Shown here: piece by piece, positions 39,558 to 46,146 of the stretch
How positions within the stretch are numbered: position 1 is the stretch's first letter
Layout of the letters: each line of letters starts with the position of its first letter
Assembly: GCA_964585245.1 (NCBI GenBank)
Contig: CAZPCV010000002.1
Span: 1 to 52,361, forward strand
DNA from: an uncultured Gammaproteobacteria bacterium
Lineage (GTDB): Bacteria > Patescibacteriota > Patescibacteriia > Magasanikbacterales > GWA2-37-8
Length of the DNA stretch: 52,361 nucleotides
Reading direction: 5' to 3'
The notes under the pieces: model-generated
The model's database searches: none
Told to the model about the DNA's origin: nothing
What the model saw: only the letters and a program-made list of their open reading frames with translations
Program-made: the position numbers and the translations under genes

Positions 39558-40098
39558 ACGGTGGAACTTCCAGTATGTCCTGTAATTTTTTTAAAGCTCG
39601 ATGTAGCGTAACACGTACCGCCACTTTCTTTTTATTCATTATTTCGGCGATCTCCGGAATGTCGAGCTCTTCTACAAAACGTAGCGTAATAACTTCTTGA
39701 TATTCTTGTTTTAATTTTTTTAAACCTGCTACTACGCTTTCGTTGGCTATACTTATTTCTATTCTTTCTTGCCATTTTCCTTTATCACTCACTTCAACAT
39801 CTTCACTCAATAATCCGGGTTGGGAAGCGCGAGCACGATAAAGGTCGATAATAGCGTTACGTGCCATCCGATAGAGTAACCCGCTAAAACTTTGCACCTC
39901 TTTATTTTCTTGCAGGTAATTCCAAGCTTTCAAAAAAACATCGGCCGAAATATCTTCGGCTTGCTCCCGATTATTGACTTTAAAAAAAACAAAACGATAA
40001 ATCTGTTTGACGTATGCATCGTATAATTTTGCGAACGCCTCCGGATCTCGTTTGGTTTGAATTCTAAAGAGAAGTAGTTTTTCAGTGAGCTTGTTCAT
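39544..40098 (-). CDS. RNA polymerase sigma factor, sigma-70 family group 4 (ECF-type)
   Basis: 184-aa ORF. Region 2 (IYRFVFFKV.N.EQAEDISADVFLKAW) and region 4 HTH (YQEVITLRFVEELDIPEIAEIMNKKKVAVRVTLHRALKKL). Confidence 0.88.
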   Translation of the reverse strand: MNKLTEKLLLFRIQTKRDPEAFAKLYDAYVKQIYRFVFFKVNNREQAEDISADVFLKAWNYLQENKEVQSFSGLLYRMARNAIIDLYRARASQPGLLSEDVEVSDKGKWQERIEISIANESVVAGLKKLKQEYQEVITLRFVEELDIPEIAEIMNKKKVAVRVTLHRALKKLQDILEVPPYEEK

Positions 40099-40490
40099 TG
40101 TAGAAGACGATGAAAATAGAAAAGTGTTACACCTTGGTCAACCACGATCCAGTTCAGTCCTGCTTTATCAAAGATTTTAGTAGATTATACCATACATTTA
40201 TTCCTCTACCATAAATGGGCGATACGAACTTAGACCGCCCAGCCGCCCTCTATGCATTCGCCACACTATAGCAAAAAATAGCCACTAGGTCAATATAAAT
40301 ATAGTAGTTAACCGTCAGAAAAACCACTATTTTCGACTAAGGGCTATAACACTCTCCTAGTCTGGGTTCTGTGCACCCATCTACGTAACCATTTAAGCGA
40401 TGATTAACCTACCACCTGTGCACGGATAATCAGTGAAATTTGAAGCTAAAACAACGAATAATCCCTCATAATTGAGCATAATTTAAAAAA

Positions 40491-40514
40491 TTTGTATACA
40501 CTAATGTATACAAA
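40491..40514. promoter_or_regulatory. Perfect 10-bp inverted repeat, candidate operator upstream of the HTH gene promoter
   Basis: TTTGTATACA-ctaa-TGTATACAAA. It ends 26 nt upstream of the -35 box at 40541. Confidence 0.4.
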
Positions 40515-40540
40515 AAATGTAAATATATCTTCATTTTGTC

Positions 40541-40569
40541 TTGACAAAACCCAGATTTTATGCTATACT
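40541..40569 (+). promoter_or_regulatory. Sigma-70-type promoter of the HTH gene
   Basis: TTGACA (40541-40546), a 17-nt spacer, then TATACT (40564-40569), 45 nt upstream of the ATG at 40615. Confidence 0.65.
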
Positions 40570-40614
40570 TAAGAAGTTTTGTATAGATATATATAGACAA
40601 TTTATAAAATTACT

Positions 40615-40947
40615 ATGGAAACATCGCTTGCGCCCAAAGAAATTATCCGCGTTTCCATCTCGGAAGCTGCCCGCTTGTTCGGGGTCAATACCCAAACCAT
40701 CCGGCGTGCCATCAAGGCTCAAGAGGTAACCTACGTAATCGTAAGCGGCCGTTATAAGCTAAATTTCGAGAGCCTGGTAAAATGGTCACAGCGCCACACC
40801 ACCATCAAAAATAAATTAGTCAAAAAGGGTATTGGCCAGTTTGTTGATAAATGGAAAATAAAAAACCCTCTTTTTTCTCCTAATCCCAAATCACTCACAC
40901 CCCCTAACCAACCGGCCGTCTCTGAGCCCACGACTCCTCTACCCTAG
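40615..40947 (+). CDS. Small helix-turn-helix DNA-binding protein (excisionase/MerR-superfamily HTH_17-like)
   Basis: 110-aa ORF. ISEAARLFGVNTQTIRRAIKAQEVTYVIVSGRYKL matches the excisionase-type winged-HTH pattern (from memory). Pro-rich C-terminal tail. Confidence 0.65.
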   Translation: METSLAPKEIIRVSISEAARLFGVNTQTIRRAIKAQEVTYVIVSGRYKLNFESLVKWSQRHTTIKNKLVKKGIGQFVDKWKIKNPLFSPNPKSLTPPNQPAVSEPTTPLP

Positions 40948-40975
40948 CCTTCCTGACACGGAAGGCTTTTTGTTT
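40946..40975 (+). terminator. Intrinsic terminator of the HTH gene
   Basis: An 8-bp stem AGCCTTCC/GGAAGGCT with a 6-nt loop, followed by TTTTGTTTG. It overlaps the stop codon. Confidence 0.7.
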
Positions 40976-41045
40976 GACAAACCACTCTAATAAACTCATA
41001 ATGATAGCATCTTTTACCTTAATTCTTAACGTGAGCCTCTGACGT

Positions 41046-42791
41046 ATGTCGAGCTTTTTACACCGCCACTATCATCGCCATTATCACGGCGTCTATAATA
41101 ACCCGAAAAAATTATTTATCTTTGATCTGGTTTTGCTCGGCATTGCGACACTCATGCTCGGGTCCAGTTTATTTTTCTTTTTCTGGAAACCTGGCATCAC
41201 TGATCTGATCGATCTAAAAATTTCTCTCGGCGATACGCGCCTAAAAAGCGGCGACGAGGTAATACTTACGATCGACTACACCAACCGTAGTAAAAAATAT
41301 TTAAAACAACCAACCTTGGCGCTGCGGCTCCCCCCAGGTTTCATCATTGATCGTACCAAAACTCCGGAATCCGTATTTTCTAAAAACTCTATTTTCGCCC
41401 TAGAGGATCTACACCCCGGTGCCTCCGGACAAGTCGGCGTGAGTGGGCAATACTGGGCGATGCCAGGACAAGAAGAAAGAATCTTCGCTACACTCTCGTA
41501 TCAGGTAGAAAACGACAGTGAACGTGAACAAAAGTTAGGGGCGTATTTGGCCACGTTGCCGGAAAGTGTGCTCGCCACCAACTTTACTACCGCTGCTTCA
41601 TCATCATTCCCTAATTTTCCACTAGCCTTTACCTTCAAAATAAAAAATACTTCTGCCTCCGCTATATCGGGCATTAGCATCCTCACCGAAGGAGCCAAAG
41701 CTACTTTTGCTGATAATACTCCCCTCAAAAATATTACTCTCCAAAGCGGCGAAGAAATCAGCTTGAACGGAACCTTGCTCTCGCCCACTACCCCTGGCGA
41801 ACAGACAGCCTCATTTACCACCCAGGTACTCGCCAACAATAATCCGATCACCCAGAGTAAAAATCCTACCACCTTTTCGGTGATCGCTCCGTCTTTGACG
41901 ACGAGCGTTAGTACCAATAACACGCTCGACTATATCGAACCGGGACAAATCCTGCCCATTCAGATTGCCTGGAAAAATAATACACCCTTTGCTTTAAAAA
42001 ATTTGCGTCTGCGCCTTAAAGCGAATCCTGGATTGATTAATCTAAAAACTACCGCCACAGAAAATAAATTAAAAATTATTGATGGTGATCTGATCATCGA
42101 CAGCGATGCGCGTACCGCCTTCGCCAATGGTGCAGCGAGCCAGGGCGAAGAGTTTTCTTTGAACCTGACGCTTGCCCCGAACTTCAATGCCGTAGACAAA
42201 AGCCAAACTGAATTGCGCCTTACCACCGTAATAGAAGCTGAAAGTGATCAAGTGGCCGGCCAAGTGTTTGCTAGTAAAGGCGCTGACCTTATTCTTCCGC
42301 TCGCGACTGATTTAACACTCAACACGCAAGTTCGTTATTACACTGCCGATGGCGACCAACTTGGCCGCGGGGCATTGCCACCACGGGTGGGAGAAACGAC
42401 AAAATACTGGGTCTTCATCGAAGCGCTAAATACTATCAACCCAATCGAAGATACCGCGCTGACGATTCAGTTACCTAGCGGTGTCATCCCGACCGGTAAA
42501 CAAAGTGTTACCCTCGGGAGCCCGCTAAAATGGAACGAAACGAACCGTACGCTCACCTGGAATATTTTGGATATTCCGGCACAAAGTAAAACCGGCTGGT
42601 ATTTCGAAGTGGCCGTGACCCCAACCGCGAGCGATGTCGGAAAAAATCTAACCTTACTGAATAATGTTAATTTTGTCGCCAGCGATAAAAAAGTGCATAA
42701 GAAATTCAATCTGGGCGTGGCGCAATTGACGAATGTGCTGAAAGCCAATGACCGCGGGGCGAAGAGTGGAGCAAAAGTGGTGAGTAACTAA
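41046..42791 (+). CDS. N-terminally membrane-anchored extracytoplasmic repeat protein (DUF11-like beta-sandwich repeats?), function unknown
   Basis: 581-aa ORF with a His-rich N-terminus (HRHYHRHYH), one helix (LVLLGIATLMLGSSLFFFFW), then repeated segments of the type x-L-x-[IL]-x-Y-x-N-x-S/T...L-P-x-G. The family assignment is tentative. Confidence 0.45.
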   Translation: MSSFLHRHYHRHYHGVYNNPKKLFIFDLVLLGIATLMLGSSLFFFFWKPGITDLIDLKISLGDTRLKSGDEVILTIDYTNRSKKYLKQPTLALRLPPGFIIDRTKTPESVFSKNSIFALEDLHPGASGQVGVSGQYWAMPGQEERIFATLSYQVENDSEREQKLGAYLATLPESVLATNFTTAASSSFPNFPLAFTFKIKNTSASAISGISILTEGAKATFADNTPLKNITLQSGEEISLNGTLLSPTTPGEQTASFTTQVLANNNPITQSKNPTTFSVIAPSLTTSVSTNNTLDYIEPGQILPIQIAWKNNTPFALKNLRLRLKANPGLINLKTTATENKLKIIDGDLIIDSDARTAFANGAASQGEEFSLNLTLAPNFNAVDKSQTELRLTTVIEAESDQVAGQVFASKGADLILPLATDLTLNTQVRYYTADGDQLGRGALPPRVGETTKYWVFIEALNTINPIEDTALTIQLPSGVIPTGKQSVTLGSPLKWNETNRTLTWNILDIPAQSKTGWYFEVAVTPTASDVGKNLTLLNNVNFVASDKKVHKKFNLGVAQLTNVLKANDRGAKSGAKVVSN

Positions 42792-42805
42792 AATAAAAAT
42801 ATTCA

Positions 42806-42954
42806 GACAAAAATACTCTCGAATATTTCGAGAGTATTTTTATTTTTTACTTCATTTATTCCAGACGCTACCACTATTTCCAAACTTTGGAACTAATGGT
42901 AGCTGCGTCTGGAACGAAGCTACTGTGGTTGTTTTGCCCGCGAGGTGGGGCGGA
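42806..42954 (-). repeat. Conserved structured 3' element, copy A (GC box + bulged rod hairpin + terminator)
   Basis: Aligns by hand with 43935-44082. The 62-nt block 42862-42923 is identical to 43992-44053. The GC box TTTTGCCCGCGAGGTGGG (42932-42949) is identical to 44060-44077. The imperfect hairpin at 42861-42912 pairs CCAGACGC+TACCA with TGGTA+GCGTCTGG, has a 3-nt bulge (gct) and an inner TTCCAA/TTGGAA stem. Confidence 0.85.
42809..42848. terminator. Bidirectional intrinsic terminator (part of repeat copy A)
   Basis: A 15-bp stem AAAAATACTCTCGAA/TTCGAGAGTATTTTT with a 3-nt loop and T-runs on both strands. It serves the convergent genes 41046-42791 (+) and 42976-43638 (-). Confidence 0.75.
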
Positions 42955-42975
42955 TGTGGAAACGGGGGGTGGCGG

Positions 42976-43638
42976 TTAATACATAAAGTCCTTTTCCGAG
43001 GTCGGCAGACCCTCGGACGACTTGATCTTCAGGCCTGCCTCCTCATAGAGGAGGGGGCCCTCAATCCGGACCACCATCCTCCCACCGACGTTCGCTTGGA
43101 TCGTGTCAGCCACGATCCAGATGGTCCGCGAGTTGGAGTCGGCGACCGCGAACGTTGGGGAGAGACCTAAGTAGGCCACGAAGCTTGGCGTCGGGTGCCC
43201 CACCGAATCACACTCCGACACGAGGTTAGCCGTCGCGACGCTGTCCCGATAGACGTGCAACGCACGCACCGGGAAAGTCGTGGCGATGCGAACGGGGAGG
43301 TAGTCGCCGTACAGGGTGTGCTCACGCCCGACCCCGCCCGCCCGGTTGTACACATCGACGACCGCGACGACCTGCGCGTGAGAGACACCAGCCAGCCCAG
43401 AAGGGGTGGCTATGTTCCACTGAACCTGCCCCAAGAGATCGGACTGGGGCGGGCTACCGTACGCCGCGACGTCGGGCACTTCCCAGCACTTCCGTGCGGG
43501 AGGGGGACTGAAGTCAGGCGGGACGGACTGGTCGGTGGTCGACCCGTCGACCATCGAACCACCCATGTCGCCCGACCCGTCGGGCAAAGTACAACCAATC
43601 ACCGCTAGCAAGCACAGAAATGCAAACGTTCTCGTCAT
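42976..43638 (-). CDS. G+C-rich hypothetical lipoprotein (cassette 1)
   Basis: 220-aa ORF. The signal peptide plus lipobox MTRTFAFLCLLAVIGC and a purine-rich sequence (GAGAAAGAGA) precede the ATG. Hand-counted G+C is 35-36 of 60 nt in two lines, against 21 of 60 in a glycan-operon line. Several overlapping alternative-frame ORFs are expected artefacts of high G+C. Confidence 0.7.
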   Translation of the reverse strand: MTRTFAFLCLLAVIGCTLPDGSGDMGGSMVDGSTTDQSVPPDFSPPPARKCWEVPDVAAYGSPPQSDLLGQVQWNIATPSGLAGVSHAQVVAVVDVYNRAGGVGREHTLYGDYLPVRIATTFPVRALHVYRDSVATANLVSECDSVGHPTPSFVAYLGLSPTFAVADSNSRTIWIVADTIQANVGGRMVVRIEGPLLYEEAGLKIKSSEGLPTSEKDFMY

Positions 43639-43764
43639 ATCTCTTTCTCTCGCTTTCTTTTCTAACGCTTACTTCTTCAACACAGAGAAACTTGCACTCC
43701 TTTCTTCCGTCAAAAAACACTCTGTACCTATGCGCTCATACCGAACGCAACCCTTCCTAACCCT

Positions 43765-43825
43765 TTTTCTGCACGGAAAATAAAGTACTGGCTACCTACC
43801 AATCACCTATTTTCCGTGCAGAAAA
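43765..43825. repeat. Perfect 18-bp inverted repeat with 25-nt spacer between the two cassettes
   Basis: TTTTCTGCACGGAAAATA (43765-43782) is the exact reverse complement of 43808-43825. There is no flanking U-run on either strand, so it is not a typical terminator. Confidence 0.8.
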
Positions 43826-43934
43826 TAAAATTTGACCGAATAATTTAGTTTTACTTAATAAAAAGAACAATAGCAAAGCCTAGCATCTTTTATAAAAATG
43901 TCAATAGCCGTAGACACAAAATTAAATTATTCAT

Positions 43935-44082
43935 GACAAAAAATCCTCTCGAAATATTCGAGAGGATTTTTATTTTTCGCCTCGTTTATTTCAGACGCTA
44001 CCACTATTTCCAAACTTTGGAACTAATGGTAGCTGCGTCTGGAACGAAGCTACGCTTTATTTTGCCCGCGAGGTGGGCCGGA
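43935..44082 (-). repeat. Conserved structured 3' element, copy B (GC box + bulged rod hairpin + terminator)
   Basis: See copy A. The 62-nt identical core is at 43992-44053, the GC box at 44060-44077, and the terminator hairpin AAAAATCCTCTCGAA/TTCGAGAGGATTTTT at 43939-43971. Confidence 0.85.
43939..43978 (-). terminator. Intrinsic terminator downstream of cassette-2 lipoprotein gene (part of repeat copy B)
   Basis: A 15-bp stem with a 3-nt loop and T-runs on both sides. The sequence is nearly identical to the terminator at 42809-42841. Confidence 0.65.
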
Positions 44083-44093
44083 GGGAGGCGCTC

Positions 44094-44453
44094 TTACGGC
44101 GCAAACTGGAGGACGTTGCTAATGTTGTCCTGCGCGGAGTTACGCACCGTGCAGGTGTAGTTGCGGGTGCTGACCGGAGCGCTGAAGGGCACAGTGCCCC
44201 TCCAGCCCCCTTCTGCGAAGGGCAGGGGCTCTCGAAGGAGGTCCTGCCCATGGATGTCCTGGCAAATCAGCGACCAATTTCCCTGCCGCTGCGAGACCTT
44301 GGTGGTCCAGCGGATCTGAACCAGATCCCCATCTCTCGGTCCCGGGGGCACCAACTCGATAGTCACAGGGAAAGACTCTTCCCCGGTGGTCACGTTGTTG
44401 GGCCCGCAGGCTATCAGGAGCGTCAGAAACAGAAGGCTTTTGAGATTACGCAT
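44094..44453 (-). CDS. G+C-rich small hypothetical lipoprotein (cassette 2)
   Basis: Start is set at MRNLKSLLFLTLLIAC (signal peptide plus lipobox), preceded by AAAGAGG 7 nt upstream. The ORF-track start at 44510 adds 19 aa. One 60-nt line was hand-counted at 41 of 60 G+C. The mature part is unrelated to cassette 1. Confidence 0.7.
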   Translation of the reverse strand: MRNLKSLLFLTLLIACGPNNVTTGEESFPVTIELVPPGPRDGDLVQIRWTTKVSQRQGNWSLICQDIHGQDLLREPLPFAEGGWRGTVPFSAPVSTRNYTCTVRNSAQDNISNVLQFAP

Positions 44454-44500
44454 GTTCAAAACCTCTTTTGAATTTTGATAGAAAACCCCAAGGCCTACTC

Positions 44501-44541
44501 TTTCTATCATAAATTACAAAAATTGTCAATACATATTGACA
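44501..44541 (-). promoter_or_regulatory. Candidate promoter of cassette 2 embedded in a 7-bp palindrome
   Basis: TGTCAAT-acat-ATTGACA (44524-44541) gives TTGACA on both strands. The minus-strand -35 (44529-44524) is followed after 17 nt by the weak -10 TAGAAA (44506-44501). Confidence 0.3.
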
Positions 44542-44570
44542 CATAATAATCAACGTATTTTTTCTCTAAC

Positions 44571-44605
44571 AAAAAATTAAAAAGAGCCCTTTTTCCAGGC
44601 TCTTT
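44571..44605 (-). terminator. Intrinsic terminator of metK
   Basis: An 8-bp stem AAAGAGCC/GGCTCTTT (44581-44588 / 44598-44605) with a 9-nt loop, followed on the minus strand by TTAATTTTTT. Confidence 0.65.
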
Positions 44606-44624
44606 TTAAAAAATTATTCAAATG

Positions 44625-45776
44625 TTACTTTTTCATCGCTTCTTTTAGCTTGCCCGCCATATCCGTCTTCTCCCACGGAAACTCTTTCCGGCCAAAATGT
44701 CCGTACGCGGCTGTGCCCCGATAAATCGGCCGGAGCAAATTAAGATGTTCAATAATTTTACCAGGGCGAAAATCAAATACTTTAGTTACCACGCGCACCA
44801 ATTCTTCGTCCGAAACGGTACCCGTACCAAAGGTATTAACCGCAATACTCGTTGGCTCGGCTTTGCCGATTACGTAGGCCACTTGCACCTCAACGCGCTC
44901 GGCCAGGCCTGCAGCGACAATATTTTTGGCCACATAGCGGGCCATGTACGCGCCCGAGCGATCTACTTTCGACGGGTCTTTGCCCGAGAAGCAGCCGCCC
45001 CCATGTCGGCCCATGCCGCCATAGGTATCAACAATAATTTTGCGGCCCGTGAGACCAGTATCCCCTTGCGGGCCGCCGACTACAAACCGGCCGGTCATGT
45101 TTACATAAAATTGCGTTTTAGTATCCAGATACTCTTTACAGACCGGCTCGATCACGTGCTTGATAATATCGGCCCTAATTTGCGTAGTTTTAATTTCTGG
45201 ATGATGTTGCGCCGATACTACCACATTTTTCAACCGCACTGGTTTATTATCCACATATTCTACCGCTACCTGCGTTTTCCCATCCGGACGCAAATACGGA
45301 ATAATCCCTTTTTTACGAACTTCGGTAAGGCGTCGGGCGAGACGATGGGACAAATCAATCGGCAGCGGCATTAATTCTTTGGTCTCGTTACACGCATAGC
45401 CGAACATGAGCCCCTGATCCCCGGCCCCCTGCTGTTCGACAGTTTTTTTGTCCACGCCCTGGGCAATATCCGGCGACTGTTCATGAATAGATACCAAAAT
45501 ACCGGCATGCTCGGCATCGATACCGTACGCCGGATCTGTATAACCGATCGATTCAATCACTTCGCGCGTAATTTTTTGCACATCTACATAGCCACGCGTG
45601 GTTACTTCGCCACCCACAATTACCAACCCGGTGGTGGTGAAGCATTCCACGGCCACATGAGAGTGTTTGTCTTGAGTCAAAAGAGCATCAAGTACCGCGT
45701 CGGATATTTGATCGCAAATTTTATCCGGGTGGCCTTCGGTTACTGATTCTGACGTAAAAATGAAATTCTGAGCCAT
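44625..45776 (-). CDS. metK: S-adenosylmethionine synthetase
   Basis: [45 protein letters not shown]-type motif ([19 protein letters not shown]) and VAYVIG. Start is set at [10 protein letters not shown]. The ORF-track start at 45815 adds 13 aa that fall inside leader hairpins. Confidence 0.93.
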   Translation of the reverse strand: MAQNFIFTSESVTEGHPDKICDQISDAVLDALLTQDKHSHVAVECFTTTGLVIVGGEVTTRGYVDVQKITREVIESIGYTDPAYGIDAEHAGILVSIHEQSPDIAQGVDKKTVEQQGAGDQGLMFGYACNETKELMPLPIDLSHRLARRLTEVRKKGIIPYLRPDGKTQVAVEYVDNKPVRLKNVVVSAQHHPEIKTTQIRADIIKHVIEPVCKEYLDTKTQFYVNMTGRFVVGGPQGDTGLTGRKIIVDTYGGMGRHGGGCFSGKDPSKVDRSGAYMARYVAKNIVAAGLAERVEVQVAYVIGKAEPTSIAVNTFGTGTVSDEELVRVVTKVFDFRPGKIIEHLNLLRPIYRGTAAYGHFGRKEFPWEKTDMAGKLKEAMKK

Positions 45777-46077
45777 ACAAAAATTAGTAAAAACTCGGAA
45801 ATAGCCAGAGGACATAGCCGCTCGCTACGGCTCGCGAGCTAGGTCTTCCAGGGGGCTTCCGCCCCCTAGGACACTCCGACTAAGTCGGAGCTGTTACCCC
45901 TTGCCGCAAAAGGTGGGAACCGTTTGGTTCCCAAACCCTCCCCATGTACCGAAATTGTAAAATTTCGGTACATGACTATCTCAGGAAGTTGTTGGACAAT
46001 AATCGTAGTATCGACCTGCCTCGCGATGAATCAGCCAACAACTAACACCATTTCCGAATAAATTAATTAAACTACTT
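45777..46077 (-). promoter_or_regulatory. ~300-nt G+C-rich, hairpin-dense leader of metK (candidate riboswitch or other structured RNA; class not recognised)
   Basis: Six hand-verified hairpins: 45988-46042 (8-bp closing stem GTTGTTGG/CCAACAAC), 45943-45974 (14-bp perfect stem), 45915-45932 (GGGAACC/GGTTCCC), 45874-45890 (CTCCGAC/GTCGGAG), 45850-45867 (AGGGGGC/GCCCCCT, GGAA loop on the minus strand) and 45820-45839 (GCTCGC/GCGAGC). The surrounding DNA is A+T-rich. Confidence 0.4.
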
Positions 46078-46083
46078 TCAGCG

Positions 46084-46112
46084 AGTATACAAAATCTAAA
46101 CTTTTTTTTCAA
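46084..46112 (-). promoter_or_regulatory. Sigma-70-type promoter driving the metK leader
   Basis: Minus strand: TTGAAA (46112-46107), a 17-nt spacer, then TATACT (46089-46084). Confidence 0.6.
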
Positions 46113-46146
46113 GGGCAAAAGCGCCATCGCCTAGCATGTCGTTGAA

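Noticed and set aside
40113-40141. TTGACC-17-TATTTT as the promoter of the ECF sigma operon
   Set aside because: The -10 would end only 14 nt from the ATG, implying a nearly leaderless mRNA. ECF operons are usually autoregulated from ECF-type promoters, which I could not identify. Too uncertain to list as a feature.
42806-44082. Canonical integron attC sites / integron cassette array
   Set aside because: The bulged hairpin 3' of each ORF is attC-like in concept. However, I could not find R'' (RYYYAAC) or R' (GTTRRRY) boxes in either copy on either strand, and there is no IntI-type tyrosine recombinase or attI in the window. It is kept as an analogy only in the finding.
42976-44453. Diversity-generating retroelement targets (VR plus IMH/hairpin downstream of C-terminus)
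   Set aside because: The window has no reverse transcriptase and no template repeat. The 3' coding ends of the two lipoprotein genes show no nucleotide similarity to each other, so they are not VR copies of a common TR.
42925-44471. Plus-strand and alternative-frame ORFs in the G+C-rich islands (e.g. 42925-43170, 43195-43608, 43167-43388, 43410-43598, 43933-44160, 44073-44471, 44057-44251)
   Set aside because: High G+C suppresses stop codons in all frames. Only the minus-strand frames chosen have an ATG with an upstream purine-rich RBS-like sequence, a signal peptide with lipobox, and a downstream terminator.
44697-45746. ORFs antisense or alternative-frame to metK (225 aa at 44697-45374 and others)
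   Set aside because: metK is unambiguous on the minus strand, and the antisense translations are low-complexity with no recognisable motifs.
45777-46077. Assignment of the metK leader to SAM-I, tmRNA, SRP RNA or RNase P RNA
   Set aside because: - The SAM-I core strings are not present.
- GGCTGATTC resembles a tmRNA 5' end, but there is no tRNA-like 3' end (no GGTTCGA/TCC...CCA).
- The GGAA-capped stem lacks the SRP AGCA/GGAA symmetric-loop context.
- There are no RNase P P4 strings (GAAAGTCC / ACAGAA).

The class is left unassigned.
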